The notes under the pieces are model-generated. The model did not search any database and was not told the origin of the DNA. It saw nothing but the letters and a program-made list of their open reading frames with translations. 64,000 bases of DNA from Nitrospirales bacterium (GTDB taxonomy: Bacteria; Nitrospirota; Nitrospiria; Nitrospirales; UBA8639), in the NCBI GenBank assembly GCA_963555755.3, contig OY820905.2, forward strand, positions 1,664,001 to 1,728,000, read 5' to 3'. Every line of letters begins with the position of its first letter. Position 1 is the first letter of the stretch. The translations under genes and the position numbers were made by a program. Shown one piece after another: positions 10,611 to 19,692 of the stretch.

Positions 10611-10910
10611 ATGTCAAGCGCCAAGATGATCCACCTCAGGTCGCCCGGACCCGTTCTGCCCGGGAGTGTGTCGACAGCAAGGGCGCGATGCGGCAAACAG
10701 ACGTGCAAGTGTCGGGACGACCCGGCCCACCGACACGGGCCCTATTATCGCTGGACAGGCATCATCGACGAAAAGAAGACCACGGTCACGCTCACGCAGG
10801 AGGAAGCCAAGGAGTGCGCACGACGGATTAAGAACTTCAAGAAACTTCAGGCGAGGCTAGCAACAGTAATCAAAACGGCGCTTGAGACCGCTCCGTGGAC
10901 CCAGCGGTAA
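10611..10910 (+). CDS. DUF6788-like small Cys/His protein inside IS1634
   Basis: LPGSVS...CGKQTCKC...HGPYYRW; lies inside the TIRs. Confidence 0.75.
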   Translation: MSSAKMIHLRSPGPVLPGSVSTARARCGKQTCKCRDDPAHRHGPYYRWTGIIDEKKTTVTLTQEEAKECARRIKNFKKLQARLATVIKTALETAPWTQR

Positions 10911-10961
10911 GGGCTCTAGGCGCAGGACACCGCTAGTGGTATCCAGGCTAAATGCACGTTT

Positions 10962-11636
10962 TCAAGTGCGGAATGTAGGTTCAAGGGCTCGATCAAGGTC
11001 GATTCGTTCTGCCTGAATGACTCCGTTACCCAGGTCCTTGCCATACACGTCAACATACAGGTTCGAAGCGAAATAGCGGTTCGGATCAATATGTGTGAGT
11101 TTTGTACTGAATAAATATGAATCGTCTGTCATCGCGGTTAACCAATGGATGTTGTTTTTGTCATCGGAGTGAGAATTCCATTGGCCGGGTTGAGACACAT
11201 GGTCTGATGTCTGGCGAATATGGAAAAAGTTTTCATCGTAATGCAACCGATCGTATTGCCTGACATGAAATGCACCGGAGAGAATGAGAAATGCAGAAAC
11301 CATATTCAGATGCCCATGGGGTAAGATTGAACTTCCTTTGCTAATTTTGGCTAACCTCGTGGTGACCACCATAGGTTCAGGGGCGCCTATATGTGGCAGG
11401 AAACATACGGGGATGAAATTTTTGCTCTGGTCAATAGAGCCAAAAGCCGAATTTTTGGTCGCTGGCTCAAAGTCAATGCTTCGTAATAGTGTGCCTAGAT
11501 CAATGTTGCGATAAAGATCATCCATCCCATCCTGCCATGCCAAAGCGGTAATTTGGCCATTCAGCAAGTCTCGGCCTAGGGAATCTAGCTGGTGAATCCA
11601 ACTCCTAATATCTATCGATACGGCGAGAGAACTCAT
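10962..11636 (-). CDS. Cupin protein, thiol-dioxygenase-like (3-His)
   Basis: ILPHGHLNM...SGAFHVRQYD...NIHWL; the last codons come from the IS1634 end, and the original tail LYG* lies at ~6963-6974. Confidence 0.55.
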   Translation of the reverse strand: MSSLAVSIDIRSWIHQLDSLGRDLLNGQITALAWQDGMDDLYRNIDLGTLLRSIDFEPATKNSAFGSIDQSKNFIPVCFLPHIGAPEPMVVTTRLAKISKGSSILPHGHLNMVSAFLILSGAFHVRQYDRLHYDENFFHIRQTSDHVSQPGQWNSHSDDKNNIHWLTAMTDDSYLFSTKLTHIDPNRYFASNLYVDVYGKDLGNGVIQAERIDLDRALEPTFRT

Positions 11637-11701
11637 TATTCCTCAATGTCCGTCAATGGAAATGAATAAAGGGGAAGGCCAATAGCGCCACGCACAGCTG
11701 A

Positions 11702-12904
11702 TTACACAGCTGTAGCTTTTTCGCGGGTTGCATTTTCCCAGGCTTCGGTCAACAGGACTTTGTGCAGTTCAATGTCGCACTTCTTGGCGTTGGTGAGGCC
11801 TGCCTGTCGCATGTCATCAGGATAGGGTTTGGTTAATATGGCAGGCAGTTCGTCGATCGACTGGAAGAGGTAGCCGCCTCCACCCAAAAATGCGAGTTGT
11901 TCCTCGCGTCGACCTGGTAATTCTTGCCAACAGACACCGAGGCCGCTGGCCTGTGCCTCGGCAATAGCCGCCGGGAGTCCGACTTTGTTGATGGTTGGAT
12001 CCGAAGGGTACACGAACCAATCATAGTGAAGATAGACATCCGGCATCTCGTCTGGATCTGTATAGATGGTGCGTGCTGGGTTGCCGGCTTGTTCATTATA
12101 TGCCTGTATCGTTGCCAGGTGGCCCCCCTTGCCGTAAAGGTCAAATTGTAGGCCGCTTCCCCGCATCCGCACAGCCAAATCGATAAAATCAGCATGTGCT
12201 TTTTTCGGAATAGTCGGGCCGGCACAGAGTACTCGTCCCGTTGATGCACGACGACCCGGTTTAAAGAACCGCGCGAAGTTGATGACGGGCCAACAACTGA
12301 CAACCTTTTCACCCTGAAGGCCACTCTCTACTAGATAGTTCCGAAACGCCGGGAACGCAAGTACCCTCTGGCACCAAGGACTATTCGCTGCATCGCACAT
12401 GGTGTCTATTTTCTCTTGAGGTTCAGAAAGAATATCCATTGAATGAGTCCTGATAGTAAACGGGATCTTGTGTCGTTCAGCGAGGAATTGCAGGAGCAGT
12501 CCCATGCCGAAGTAGTGCGCATGCATCACGTCGGGTTTAAACTCCTTGATGACAGCATCAACTTCACGGATAAACTCTTGCTGGGTTGCCGAATTAAACT
12601 CACGATTGACGTTCTTGATCGGGCCGTATACAAGGCATGAATCTTTATACTCAATAACTTTATGGGGAAAGGCGTGATTGCGAGGATATGGGGAAGCCCG
12701 GTAGGTAATAATCTGGATATCGTACTCTCCGAGCAGACTCCGAATCTCTTCATGCATATAGGTTTCAGAGAAAGTTGGGTAAGACACGATGAAATACAGA
12801 ATCCGTGGTCGTCGCCCCTTCGGTGAGAGAAGCGAGTCACCGGAAGTGCCTCTCCGAAGTTTGGAAAAGAAGGTATTGAGAATCTGCCAGCGTGATGTGG
12901 TCAT
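11702..12904 (-). CDS. GT4 glycosyltransferase
   Basis: YPTFSETY, MHAHY, KKAH and GLPAAIAEAQASG. Confidence 0.82.
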   Translation of the reverse strand: MTTSRWQILNTFFSKLRRGTSGDSLLSPKGRRPRILYFIVSYPTFSETYMHEEIRSLLGEYDIQIITYRASPYPRNHAFPHKVIEYKDSCLVYGPIKNVNREFNSATQQEFIREVDAVIKEFKPDVMHAHYFGMGLLLQFLAERHKIPFTIRTHSMDILSEPQEKIDTMCDAANSPWCQRVLAFPAFRNYLVESGLQGEKVVSCWPVINFARFFKPGRRASTGRVLCAGPTIPKKAHADFIDLAVRMRGSGLQFDLYGKGGHLATIQAYNEQAGNPARTIYTDPDEMPDVYLHYDWFVYPSDPTINKVGLPAAIAEAQASGLGVCWQELPGRREEQLAFLGGGGYLFQSIDELPAILTKPYPDDMRQAGLTNAKKCDIELHKVLLTEAWENATREKATAV

Positions 12905-13128
12905 GGTGTTAACCTCTCAAATGAGTGCCCGAGTGAACGTGGGAGTCGCCGCAAAGATTTCATAATGTTATTTTTACAAAAATAATGCTTATGGCAAGAG
13001 AATAATTCAAAATGATCATCAAAGTTTTTGTTGAACCTGGCGAAATACGACGCGATGGAGGTGCACACCAATCGCTGAGAAGCTGACCATCGGGGATGCC
13101 AATCCTCGTCAGATCCAGGAAGAGGGTG

Positions 13129-13210
13129 GTAGATTAAAGCCCTGGTGCTAACCTGGAGCCGCTCTCGAACACTTCGACGCACGCGTCTATCACGAACAAC
13201 AGCGGACAGG
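13129..13210 (-). mobile_element. Group II intron 3'-end (domain VI) remnant
   Basis: Aligns with 24360-24440, including the terminal ...gcaccagggctttaatctac. Confidence 0.7.
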
Positions 13211-13224
13211 GGCGATCAGAAATT

Positions 13225-13297
13225 GGGGCCAGACTCGATGAAGAAAAAAGACACGAGCGCCGTTAACCAAAAGGAAAATTTATTCGAGTCTGACCCC
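13225..13297. repeat. REP-like inverted repeat
   Basis: ggggccagactcga ... tcgagtctgacccc (13/14 match). Confidence 0.55.
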
Positions 13298-13316
13298 TTT
13301 TAATCTCAACATCTTG

Positions 13317-14012
13317 CTAGGAAAGCAGGGACCAGGCGAGGATGCTGCCAAAACCCATGGCGAATACGCCGGCACAGGCTTTGATTCGGGGTTGCCAGTG
13401 GGTGGCTCGTTGAGCCATGACGATAAACGGCACACTCACGAGGGTGCTCATGACGAACATGCCCGCGATGGTACCTGCTCCGAAGAAAACAATATAGACC
13501 AATCCAAGGAGGGTCGAGGGCATGGTCGTCATCACAGCCAGAGTTAAGGCTGCGCTTCCTGCAACGCCATGAACCACTCCTACGCCAAAAGCTTTTCGCA
13601 AGGAATTCCTGAAATGATTGTGAGCATGGACTTCTTGATCTTGCACGTGAACATGCACATGGGTGTGGGTACTGTTATCATGCGAGTGGGTATGGGCGTG
13701 AAGAGTCAGCGGCCTTCTGGCCCGCCACAGCAAGAGCCCACCCAGCCCCATGATCATCCCGGCTACCAGGACTTCCATGCTAGTGGCAAGTGCGTCTGGT
13801 ATTTGCCACTTGAAACTCAGCACGAGTGCTCCCAGCACCGCTAGAGTGACGGTGTGCCCCATTCCCCAAAACAGTCCCAGGACTGACGATCGTTTCAGGC
13901 TCTCGGTTTCTGCCGCCAACGTGCCCACAGCTACGACATGATCCGCATCTAACGCATGCGACAGCCCAAGCAGGAATCCGAGAAACAATGATGTAAGAAT
14001 GAGGTCGTCCAT
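13317..14012 (-). CDS. Nickel/cobalt transporter (UreH / HoxN-like)
   Basis: HALDADH, GMGHT, His-rich loop and HGVAGS; hydrophobic helices. Confidence 0.85.
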   Translation of the reverse strand: MDDLILTSLFLGFLLGLSHALDADHVVAVGTLAAETESLKRSSVLGLFWGMGHTVTLAVLGALVLSFKWQIPDALATSMEVLVAGMIMGLGGLLLWRARRPLTLHAHTHSHDNSTHTHVHVHVQDQEVHAHNHFRNSLRKAFGVGVVHGVAGSAALTLAVMTTMPSTLLGLVYIVFFGAGTIAGMFVMSTLVSVPFIVMAQRATHWQPRIKACAGVFAMGFGSILAWSLLS

Positions 14013-14054
14013 GAATGTTTTTTTGTAGGGTGGGCATGGCCCACCTGACAGCCT

Positions 14055-14699
14055 TTATGAGGTACGTCGAATGACTAGCACGCCGTCCCGAATCGTGACA
14101 AGTACTGATGAAACACGATCGTCTGCCGCAACCACCCGATTCAATTCCTGAATGGCGGCGGTGGAATCATCAGGGGGTAGATGGATGATAACGTCACCGT
14201 TCCACAATACATTATCGATGAGCATGACGCCGTTGGGAGCAAGCAGTTCTAAACCCCGTTGGTAGTAATTCACATAATTGATTTTATCCGCATCGATAAA
14301 AATGACATCGAACGGTCCCTTCACCTGGTCCATCGTTTCCAACGCCGGACCAAGACGTACCTCAATCTTTTTGCCAACAGGACTTTGGGCCCAATACTGT
14401 TTCGCAAACTCCGTGGTCTCCGGATCAATATCACACGTGATGACCGTGCCATCCTCCGGTAACGCTTCGGCAAAACAGAGCGCGCTGTATCCGGTGAAGG
14501 TTCCAATTTCCAATACCCGCTTCGCCCCTACTAACTGCGCCATCATTTTGAGAAAGGCGCCCTCTAAAGCCCCGACCACCATTTGAGGAAAATCGAGCGA
14601 ACGAAAGGTTTCTTCCCGCAATCGCCGGCACACATCCGACTCGGGGACCGAATGCGCTTCGGCATAGGCTTCGATTTCAGGTGCGACGAGATCTTTCAT
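14055..14699 (-). CDS. Caffeoyl-CoA-type O-methyltransferase
   Basis: VLEIGTFTGYS, FIDADK and DNVLW. Confidence 0.92.
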   Translation of the reverse strand: MKDLVAPEIEAYAEAHSVPESDVCRRLREETFRSLDFPQMVVGALEGAFLKMMAQLVGAKRVLEIGTFTGYSALCFAEALPEDGTVITCDIDPETTEFAKQYWAQSPVGKKIEVRLGPALETMDQVKGPFDVIFIDADKINYVNYYQRGLELLAPNGVMLIDNVLWNGDVIIHLPPDDSTAAIQELNRVVAADDRVSSVLVTIRDGVLVIRRTS

Positions 14700-14880
14700 A
14701 TTGAGTACCTCATTTTCAACAGTACCTGCTTCTGCTGGGTTCTCTATCTCACCTACCCCTCCTTACAAAGGAGAGGGACTTTATCAGCCAATGCACATTG
14801 CAATCGTGTGCATGTCTTTGTACAGTCCGACCCTTACAATTTGCAATTATTGGATCTGCTCACATGAAGGAGTGCATCAC

Positions 14881-16419
14881 ATGTCACAGACGACGGACGG
14901 GCTAGAGAAACTTAAAACCACACTTCTTGAGATTCAACACTTGCGGGATGCCGCATCGTTACTTTCCTGGGATCAGGAAACGTATATGCCTACCGGCGGG
15001 GGCCAAGCCCGTGCAGATCAAATTGCCACGCTTCAGACATTGGCCCACGACAAGTTTGTGTCCACCGAGATGGAAGACCTGCTAACGCACCATATTGATC
15101 CAATGACCGGCTTGGCAAATAGCAAGGGCACTGGATTGGATGAGGCATCCCAAGCGCTGCTTCGAGAAACCTGGCGTGACTTTAGCCGGGCTAAGAAGCT
15201 GCCTTCTGAATTTATCACTCGCCTCGAACGTGAATGCTCCCTGGCGCAGCAAGTGTGGACAGAGGCCCGCCAAAACAATACGTTCGCGACATTCCTTCCG
15301 AATCTTCGGACCGTCGTCGCACTGAAGTATGAAGAAGTGGAGTACTTAGGCTACACCGATTCGCCATACAACACCCTGCTCGATACCTATGAACCAGGCG
15401 CAACCGTGGCCCAACTCCAGCCGTTGTTCACCACCATTCGGAAAAGGCTTGTGTCTTTGCTGGAGGAAATCCGGCAATCCCCTACTCCCCCAAATGATCG
15501 AATCCTGTATCAACCCTATGACACCGATCGTCAACTGGAATTCGGAAAACTCGTGTTGGCGAAAATGGGCTATGACTTCTCCCGTGGCAGACTGGACTTA
15601 TCCGCACACCCGTTTACCACCTCGTTTCATCCGACTGACGTCCGCGTCACCACGCGCGTGTTTGAAAAGGATTTACAGTCTTGCCTCTTTAGCTGCATTC
15701 ATGAGGGTGGCCATGGACTGTATGAGCAAGGGTTGCCACCCGAGCACCATGGCACACCGCTGGGGGAAGCCCTGTCCCTGGGCATTCATGAAAGCCAATC
15801 TCGCCTTTGGGAAAATAGCGTCGGACGCTCTCGCGCGTTTTGGGAATACTTCTTTCCCTTGCTGAAAGATCGGTTTCCCAATCAACTCAGCGGCATCAAT
15901 GTGGACACATTCTATGGGGCGATCAATACCGTGAAACCATCGCTCATCCGAGTCGAAGCGGACGAAGTGACCTACAACCTGCATATCATGGTGCGCTTTG
16001 AGATCGAACTCGATGTCATTGAAAAGCGTGTTGGCGTGGAAGACTTGCCGGATCTGTGGCGAACAAAAATGAAGGAGTACCTCGGGGTCGTTCCCGAACG
16101 GGATGCCGACGGTGTGCTCCAAGATGTGCATTGGTCCTTCGGCGCGTTTGGATATTTTCCAACATATACCCTGGGCAATCTCTATGCGGCCATGCTGTTC
16201 AAACAAGCAGGGACGGATTTGCCTTCACTTGAAACCGACATCGCCCAGGGAAACCTGATGCCCTTAAAACAATGGCTCAACCACCACATCCATCGCCACG
16301 GACGGCAATTCACCTCCAAAGAGTTAATTCAACGCGCCACCGGACAAACGCTAAGCGCCGAGCCATTTTTGCAATCGCTTCGAGATAAAATGCAGGAGGT
16401 TTACGGATTTCCGGCTTAA
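14881..16419 (+). CDS. M32 carboxypeptidase
   Basis: HPF, DVRVTT, HEGGH, HESQSR and IRVEADE; AAGGAG upstream of the ATG at 14881. Confidence 0.95.
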   Translation: MSQTTDGLEKLKTTLLEIQHLRDAASLLSWDQETYMPTGGGQARADQIATLQTLAHDKFVSTEMEDLLTHHIDPMTGLANSKGTGLDEASQALLRETWRDFSRAKKLPSEFITRLERECSLAQQVWTEARQNNTFATFLPNLRTVVALKYEEVEYLGYTDSPYNTLLDTYEPGATVAQLQPLFTTIRKRLVSLLEEIRQSPTPPNDRILYQPYDTDRQLEFGKLVLAKMGYDFSRGRLDLSAHPFTTSFHPTDVRVTTRVFEKDLQSCLFSCIHEGGHGLYEQGLPPEHHGTPLGEALSLGIHESQSRLWENSVGRSRAFWEYFFPLLKDRFPNQLSGINVDTFYGAINTVKPSLIRVEADEVTYNLHIMVRFEIELDVIEKRVGVEDLPDLWRTKMKEYLGVVPERDADGVLQDVHWSFGAFGYFPTYTLGNLYAAMLFKQAGTDLPSLETDIAQGNLMPLKQWLNHHIHRHGRQFTSKELIQRATGQTLSAEPFLQSLRDKMQEVYGFPA

Positions 16420-16424
16420 AAAAT

Positions 16425-16477
16425 CGGAAGGCGGGAGAAGGAAGGCGAACAGTCTCCTCTCCGCCTTCCGCCTTCCG
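16425..16477 (+). terminator. Hairpin built of heptamer repeats downstream of the M32 gene
   Basis: cggaaggcgg ... ccgccttccgccttccg followed by ttt. Confidence 0.5.
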
Positions 16478-16492
16478 TTTCACGCTTCCTTG

Positions 16493-16776
16493 TGTATCCA
16501 ATCGATACAGTGATGTATCCGATTGGATACAAATTACCCTCTTTTGCAATATAATTTTCCTCTGGTATATCTTTCTTAAGGGTTCTCAATAAACACCAAT
16601 CAAATCAGCACCTTCACACACATCACACCCACCTTTTTTTCGTTGGCATGGATTCTGCTTATGCCCAAGAAGGCACGGGCATTTCACTAATTCCTTTGTT
16701 TCGGATCGGTGAAATGACCTCATCAACCGTCAAGCGTGCAGATCGTGTGTAGCCTCGAACTGGCATACATACTGCT
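16493..16776 (+). promoter_or_regulatory. Palindromic site plus two sigma-54-like promoters upstream of comEA
   Basis: 12-bp IR tgtatccaatcg/cgattggataca (16493-16531); TGGCATGGATTCTGCT at 16644 and TGGCATACATACTGCT at 16761. Confidence 0.5.
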
Positions 16777-16837
16777 TTATGAAAAGTCAGGAGTGTTTCT
16801 CCTGGTCATTTAATCTTATTCAAAGGAGGGAAAGTGT

Positions 16838-17158
16838 ATGAATCCGTTTCAACAATTTGCTCGGTCTTACATGACCATTGGACTGTTGGCCTTCGTATTG
16901 TGTTTGAGTTTTCCTGGTCTGGTGCTCGCCGCTGAGGGCACAATCGATCTCAATACCGCCACGACCAAACAGCTTGAACTATTGCCAGGCATTGGCAAAG
17001 AAATCGCCCAACGCATTGTCAGCTATCGAACGGACGTTGGGCCCTTCACGAGTATCAATGAGCTGATGAAAGTCAATGGCATTGGCACAGGAAAATTCGC
17101 CAAACTAAAAGAACTCATCACGATTGGGGTTGCCACCCAATCACCTTCATCCAACTAG
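16838..17158 (+). CDS. comEA: ComEA-family helix-hairpin-helix DNA-binding protein
   Basis: Signal peptide, then IDLNTAT..LELLPGIG...AQRIV.YR...GPF...LMKVNGIG. Confidence 0.9.
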   Translation: MNPFQQFARSYMTIGLLAFVLCLSFPGLVLAAEGTIDLNTATTKQLELLPGIGKEIAQRIVSYRTDVGPFTSINELMKVNGIGTGKFAKLKELITIGVATQSPSSN

Positions 17159-17183
17159 TCCCCATCGGTTCGGAGGGTCTTCG

Positions 17184-17333
17184 GAGCCTGTCCGAGATTA
17201 GCGATCGTTACGAGGGAGTGCTGGTTTGAGTCAGATATTTCGATCATTTGAGGCGAATAGTTGGGCTATTCAACGAAAAGGATCGGGAGATCTGGCCAAA
17301 TCCAGCGCACCCGCAGTAGATCCGTCTAATCTT
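17184..17333. mobile_element. MITE family E copy 1, right end truncated
   Basis: Reverse-complement match to 49030-49189, lacking the last ~10 bp. Confidence 0.8.
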
Positions 17334-17485
17334 GGTTCTGTCGCAAATAATAGAATTGTGAGTTACGCCACTGGTTTTCATGTTGGACCAAGTTGAAAAA
17401 CTCCAGTCAAGTTGACAATTCTCGTCTGCGGGACACGGAGATGAAACCCCTTATTGCCTTCAAAAACATTGTTTGCGACAGAACC
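17334..17485. mobile_element. Non-autonomous element F with IS6-like ends
   Basis: TIR ggttctgtcgcaaa(t/c)aat resembles IS6-family ends; no TSD. Confidence 0.6.
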
Positions 17486-17527
17486 ATAGAATGACGAATA
17501 CAGGGAATGTCGTTTGATCCACTGGTT

Positions 17528-17972
17528 CTAGCGATATCTCGAGATTTCTTGAAATAGAACAGGAAGGTTCTTCAAGAATTTGAACAATAGAGCAAGGCCT
17601 ACCAAGCCCCCTACAATGAGGCCTAAACGAAACATGATCATGCCTGCTAGTAAGTGGCGGCTGACTTCAGCGGCATCCCCATGATAACACACAAAGGCTT
17701 GGACCCACGCGTTCATGAGTAACCAAAGCGCGACCCATGAGGGCATGCGAACTCCAGAAGCGTAACGTACGCTCCATAAAGCTCCGCACACAGCGAGGAA
17801 CCAGAGTCCTAAAGGAACTGGAATATTGGGATACATGAATTGAGTGAGGGTTTGGGTCGCTGCCGTCTGGCCGGCTTCCTGGCCATACACTCTATTCTGG
17901 TCATTAATGGTTTCTTGCAATGCATGAGTCGCCCCAAGGATTGCGTGAAATGGTCTGTCTAGGGTCAGGTAC
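17528..17972 (-). pseudogene. C-terminal fragment of a polytopic membrane protein, truncated by IS256
   Basis: Hydrophobic helices with HGDAAEVSRHLL; the upstream side abuts the IS end. Confidence 0.55.
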
Positions 17973-19406
17973 GAGTCAAGCCCAAAGTTAGTTGAAATTC
18001 TCCATGGTTCCCGGGTTCATGTTACGCGGCCTTCTTTGGTCCGGCCTTCCCAATTTTTAAGTCTCGTCGCAGGGCCTCGCGTAAGCGGGGTAAGTGCCGA
18101 TAGCCCTTCACCTTGTTGAGCCGAGGCTCGATCTCCAGCAAGGCGGTGGCCAGCCACCGCTGCCGCTGATTCGAGTTCGTCCAGCGATCCACCTTGGCAC
18201 ACCGCTCCTCCACTAAGGCATTGATGGATTCCAGGCAATTCGTTGTTTTGAAGGACAGCCCGACGAGGGCAAACACTCCCAGCCGATGCAAGGTCAACGT
18301 CTCCTCCTGGCCTTCCGCCAGACTCTGCGCGGCCGATTGGTTGCGGCCCTCCAGCTCCGTCTGCAAGCGATGCAGGGCGGTGGACGCCTCCGCATACGTC
18401 GGGCGCTGATAGGCCCGGTGCAGCCGGGCCCGCCAGGTGGCCTGTTCGCCTTTCGGTAAGTGCTTCACCACATTCTCCCGTTTGTGCCACTGGCACCGTT
18501 GGACCACGGCCGAGGCGCCAAAGGCTTGCCGCACGGCGGCGCGCAGGCCTTTGGCCCCATCAATGCTGACCAAGAGGCCGTCAGAACTGTCGAGGCCCCG
18601 GTCACATAACGAGTGCAGAAAGGGCGTCAAGACTTTCTCGTTTTCAGTCCCCGTTTCCACAAACCCCAGGACGTGTTTCTCCCCCGTGAGCGTGATGCCC
18701 ACGGCGATCACCATCGTCATGTCGGCGAAGGCTTTCCCGTCGAGAAAGACGGCAACGATGTCCAGGTCGCTCAGGTCGCGGTTCTGAAACGCCTGGAGCT
18801 GCTTGGCGCTGGCTTGCGTAAAGCTCCGAGACACCGTCGAGCTTGACAGGCCAATCGCCCCCGGGACCGCCGCTGCGGCCGCTTCATAGTTCCGGCAGGA
18901 AATCCCATAGAGCACGCGCTTGAGCAGGCCCTCATCCAGCTGGCCCGGGCCGCGAAGGTGGCCCACGCTCTGTAAGGAAATCTCACCGCCTTCCACATGC
19001 TGGACACGAGGGATCCGAACCGGATGGCGTTGACCCGCCAGTTGGACACTCCCCGGATTGCTCCCATGCCGATAGCCGGGCAGATGCGAAGCCTTCCGCG
19101 CATACCGAGCCCCGGCCAACGTGTACACCTCCTCCTCTAGGAGTTCTTGAATCCGCATTAAGCCCAACGGGATGAGGGCTTGAATACATTCCACCTTGCT
19201 GTTCACATCGAAGGCCTCATACTGCTCAGGCCGAATCACCCGCACCGGCCCCAACCGTTTCGCCTTCTTGCTTCTTGGTCTTGATTGCGGGATACGTTCC
19301 ATCGTGGCTCCTTTCTCGTTTGAGTAATGATGTTTAATTAGGTAATCACCATTACAACATAGCAGGGGGAGCCACTTCAAATTTCAACTAACAATAGCAC
19401 ACACTC
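17973..19406 (-). mobile_element. IS256-family element
   Basis: Imperfect 27-bp TIR gagt...gttagttgaaatt; flanks not duplicated. Confidence 0.85.
18022..19302 (-). CDS. IS256-family transposase
   Basis: VFLDG, GEKHVLG, IDGAKGL, QRCQWHKREN and TTNCLESIN. Confidence 0.93.
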   Translation of the reverse strand: MERIPQSRPRSKKAKRLGPVRVIRPEQYEAFDVNSKVECIQALIPLGLMRIQELLEEEVYTLAGARYARKASHLPGYRHGSNPGSVQLAGQRHPVRIPRVQHVEGGEISLQSVGHLRGPGQLDEGLLKRVLYGISCRNYEAAAAAVPGAIGLSSSTVSRSFTQASAKQLQAFQNRDLSDLDIVAVFLDGKAFADMTMVIAVGITLTGEKHVLGFVETGTENEKVLTPFLHSLCDRGLDSSDGLLVSIDGAKGLRAAVRQAFGASAVVQRCQWHKRENVVKHLPKGEQATWRARLHRAYQRPTYAEASTALHRLQTELEGRNQSAAQSLAEGQEETLTLHRLGVFALVGLSFKTTNCLESINALVEERCAKVDRWTNSNQRQRWLATALLEIEPRLNKVKGYRHLPRLREALRRDLKIGKAGPKKAA

Positions 19407-19692
19407 AGATCCACCACGAAAAGCTTTCAACAACATGCAACCTCTAGCATTCCTCCGATAAGACATCCCGTTTGGCATCTTTGGAAAAGACCCAACTCTT
19501 CAAGGTGTCATGGGAGAAAAAGGGCTAAATTGAAATATTCAGAATCCGTTTTTTTTCCACCAAAATTAGGGATCAACAACCATTGACTCAGGAAAACCAT
19601 AATTCGTACCGAAATAACAACAAGGACTAGTAGTTTCACATACTCGCAATTTTCCACGTACTTACCTGAGCTAAGGTCCCAGCCATTGCGTT

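Larger units (their letters stand above)
6981..10979 (-). mobile_element. IS1634-family element with a divergent passenger gene, interrupted by ISAs1
   Basis: 25-bp TIR cctacattccgcacttgaaaacgtg; 6-bp TSD ttcaag at 6975-6980 and 10980-10985. Confidence 0.9.
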
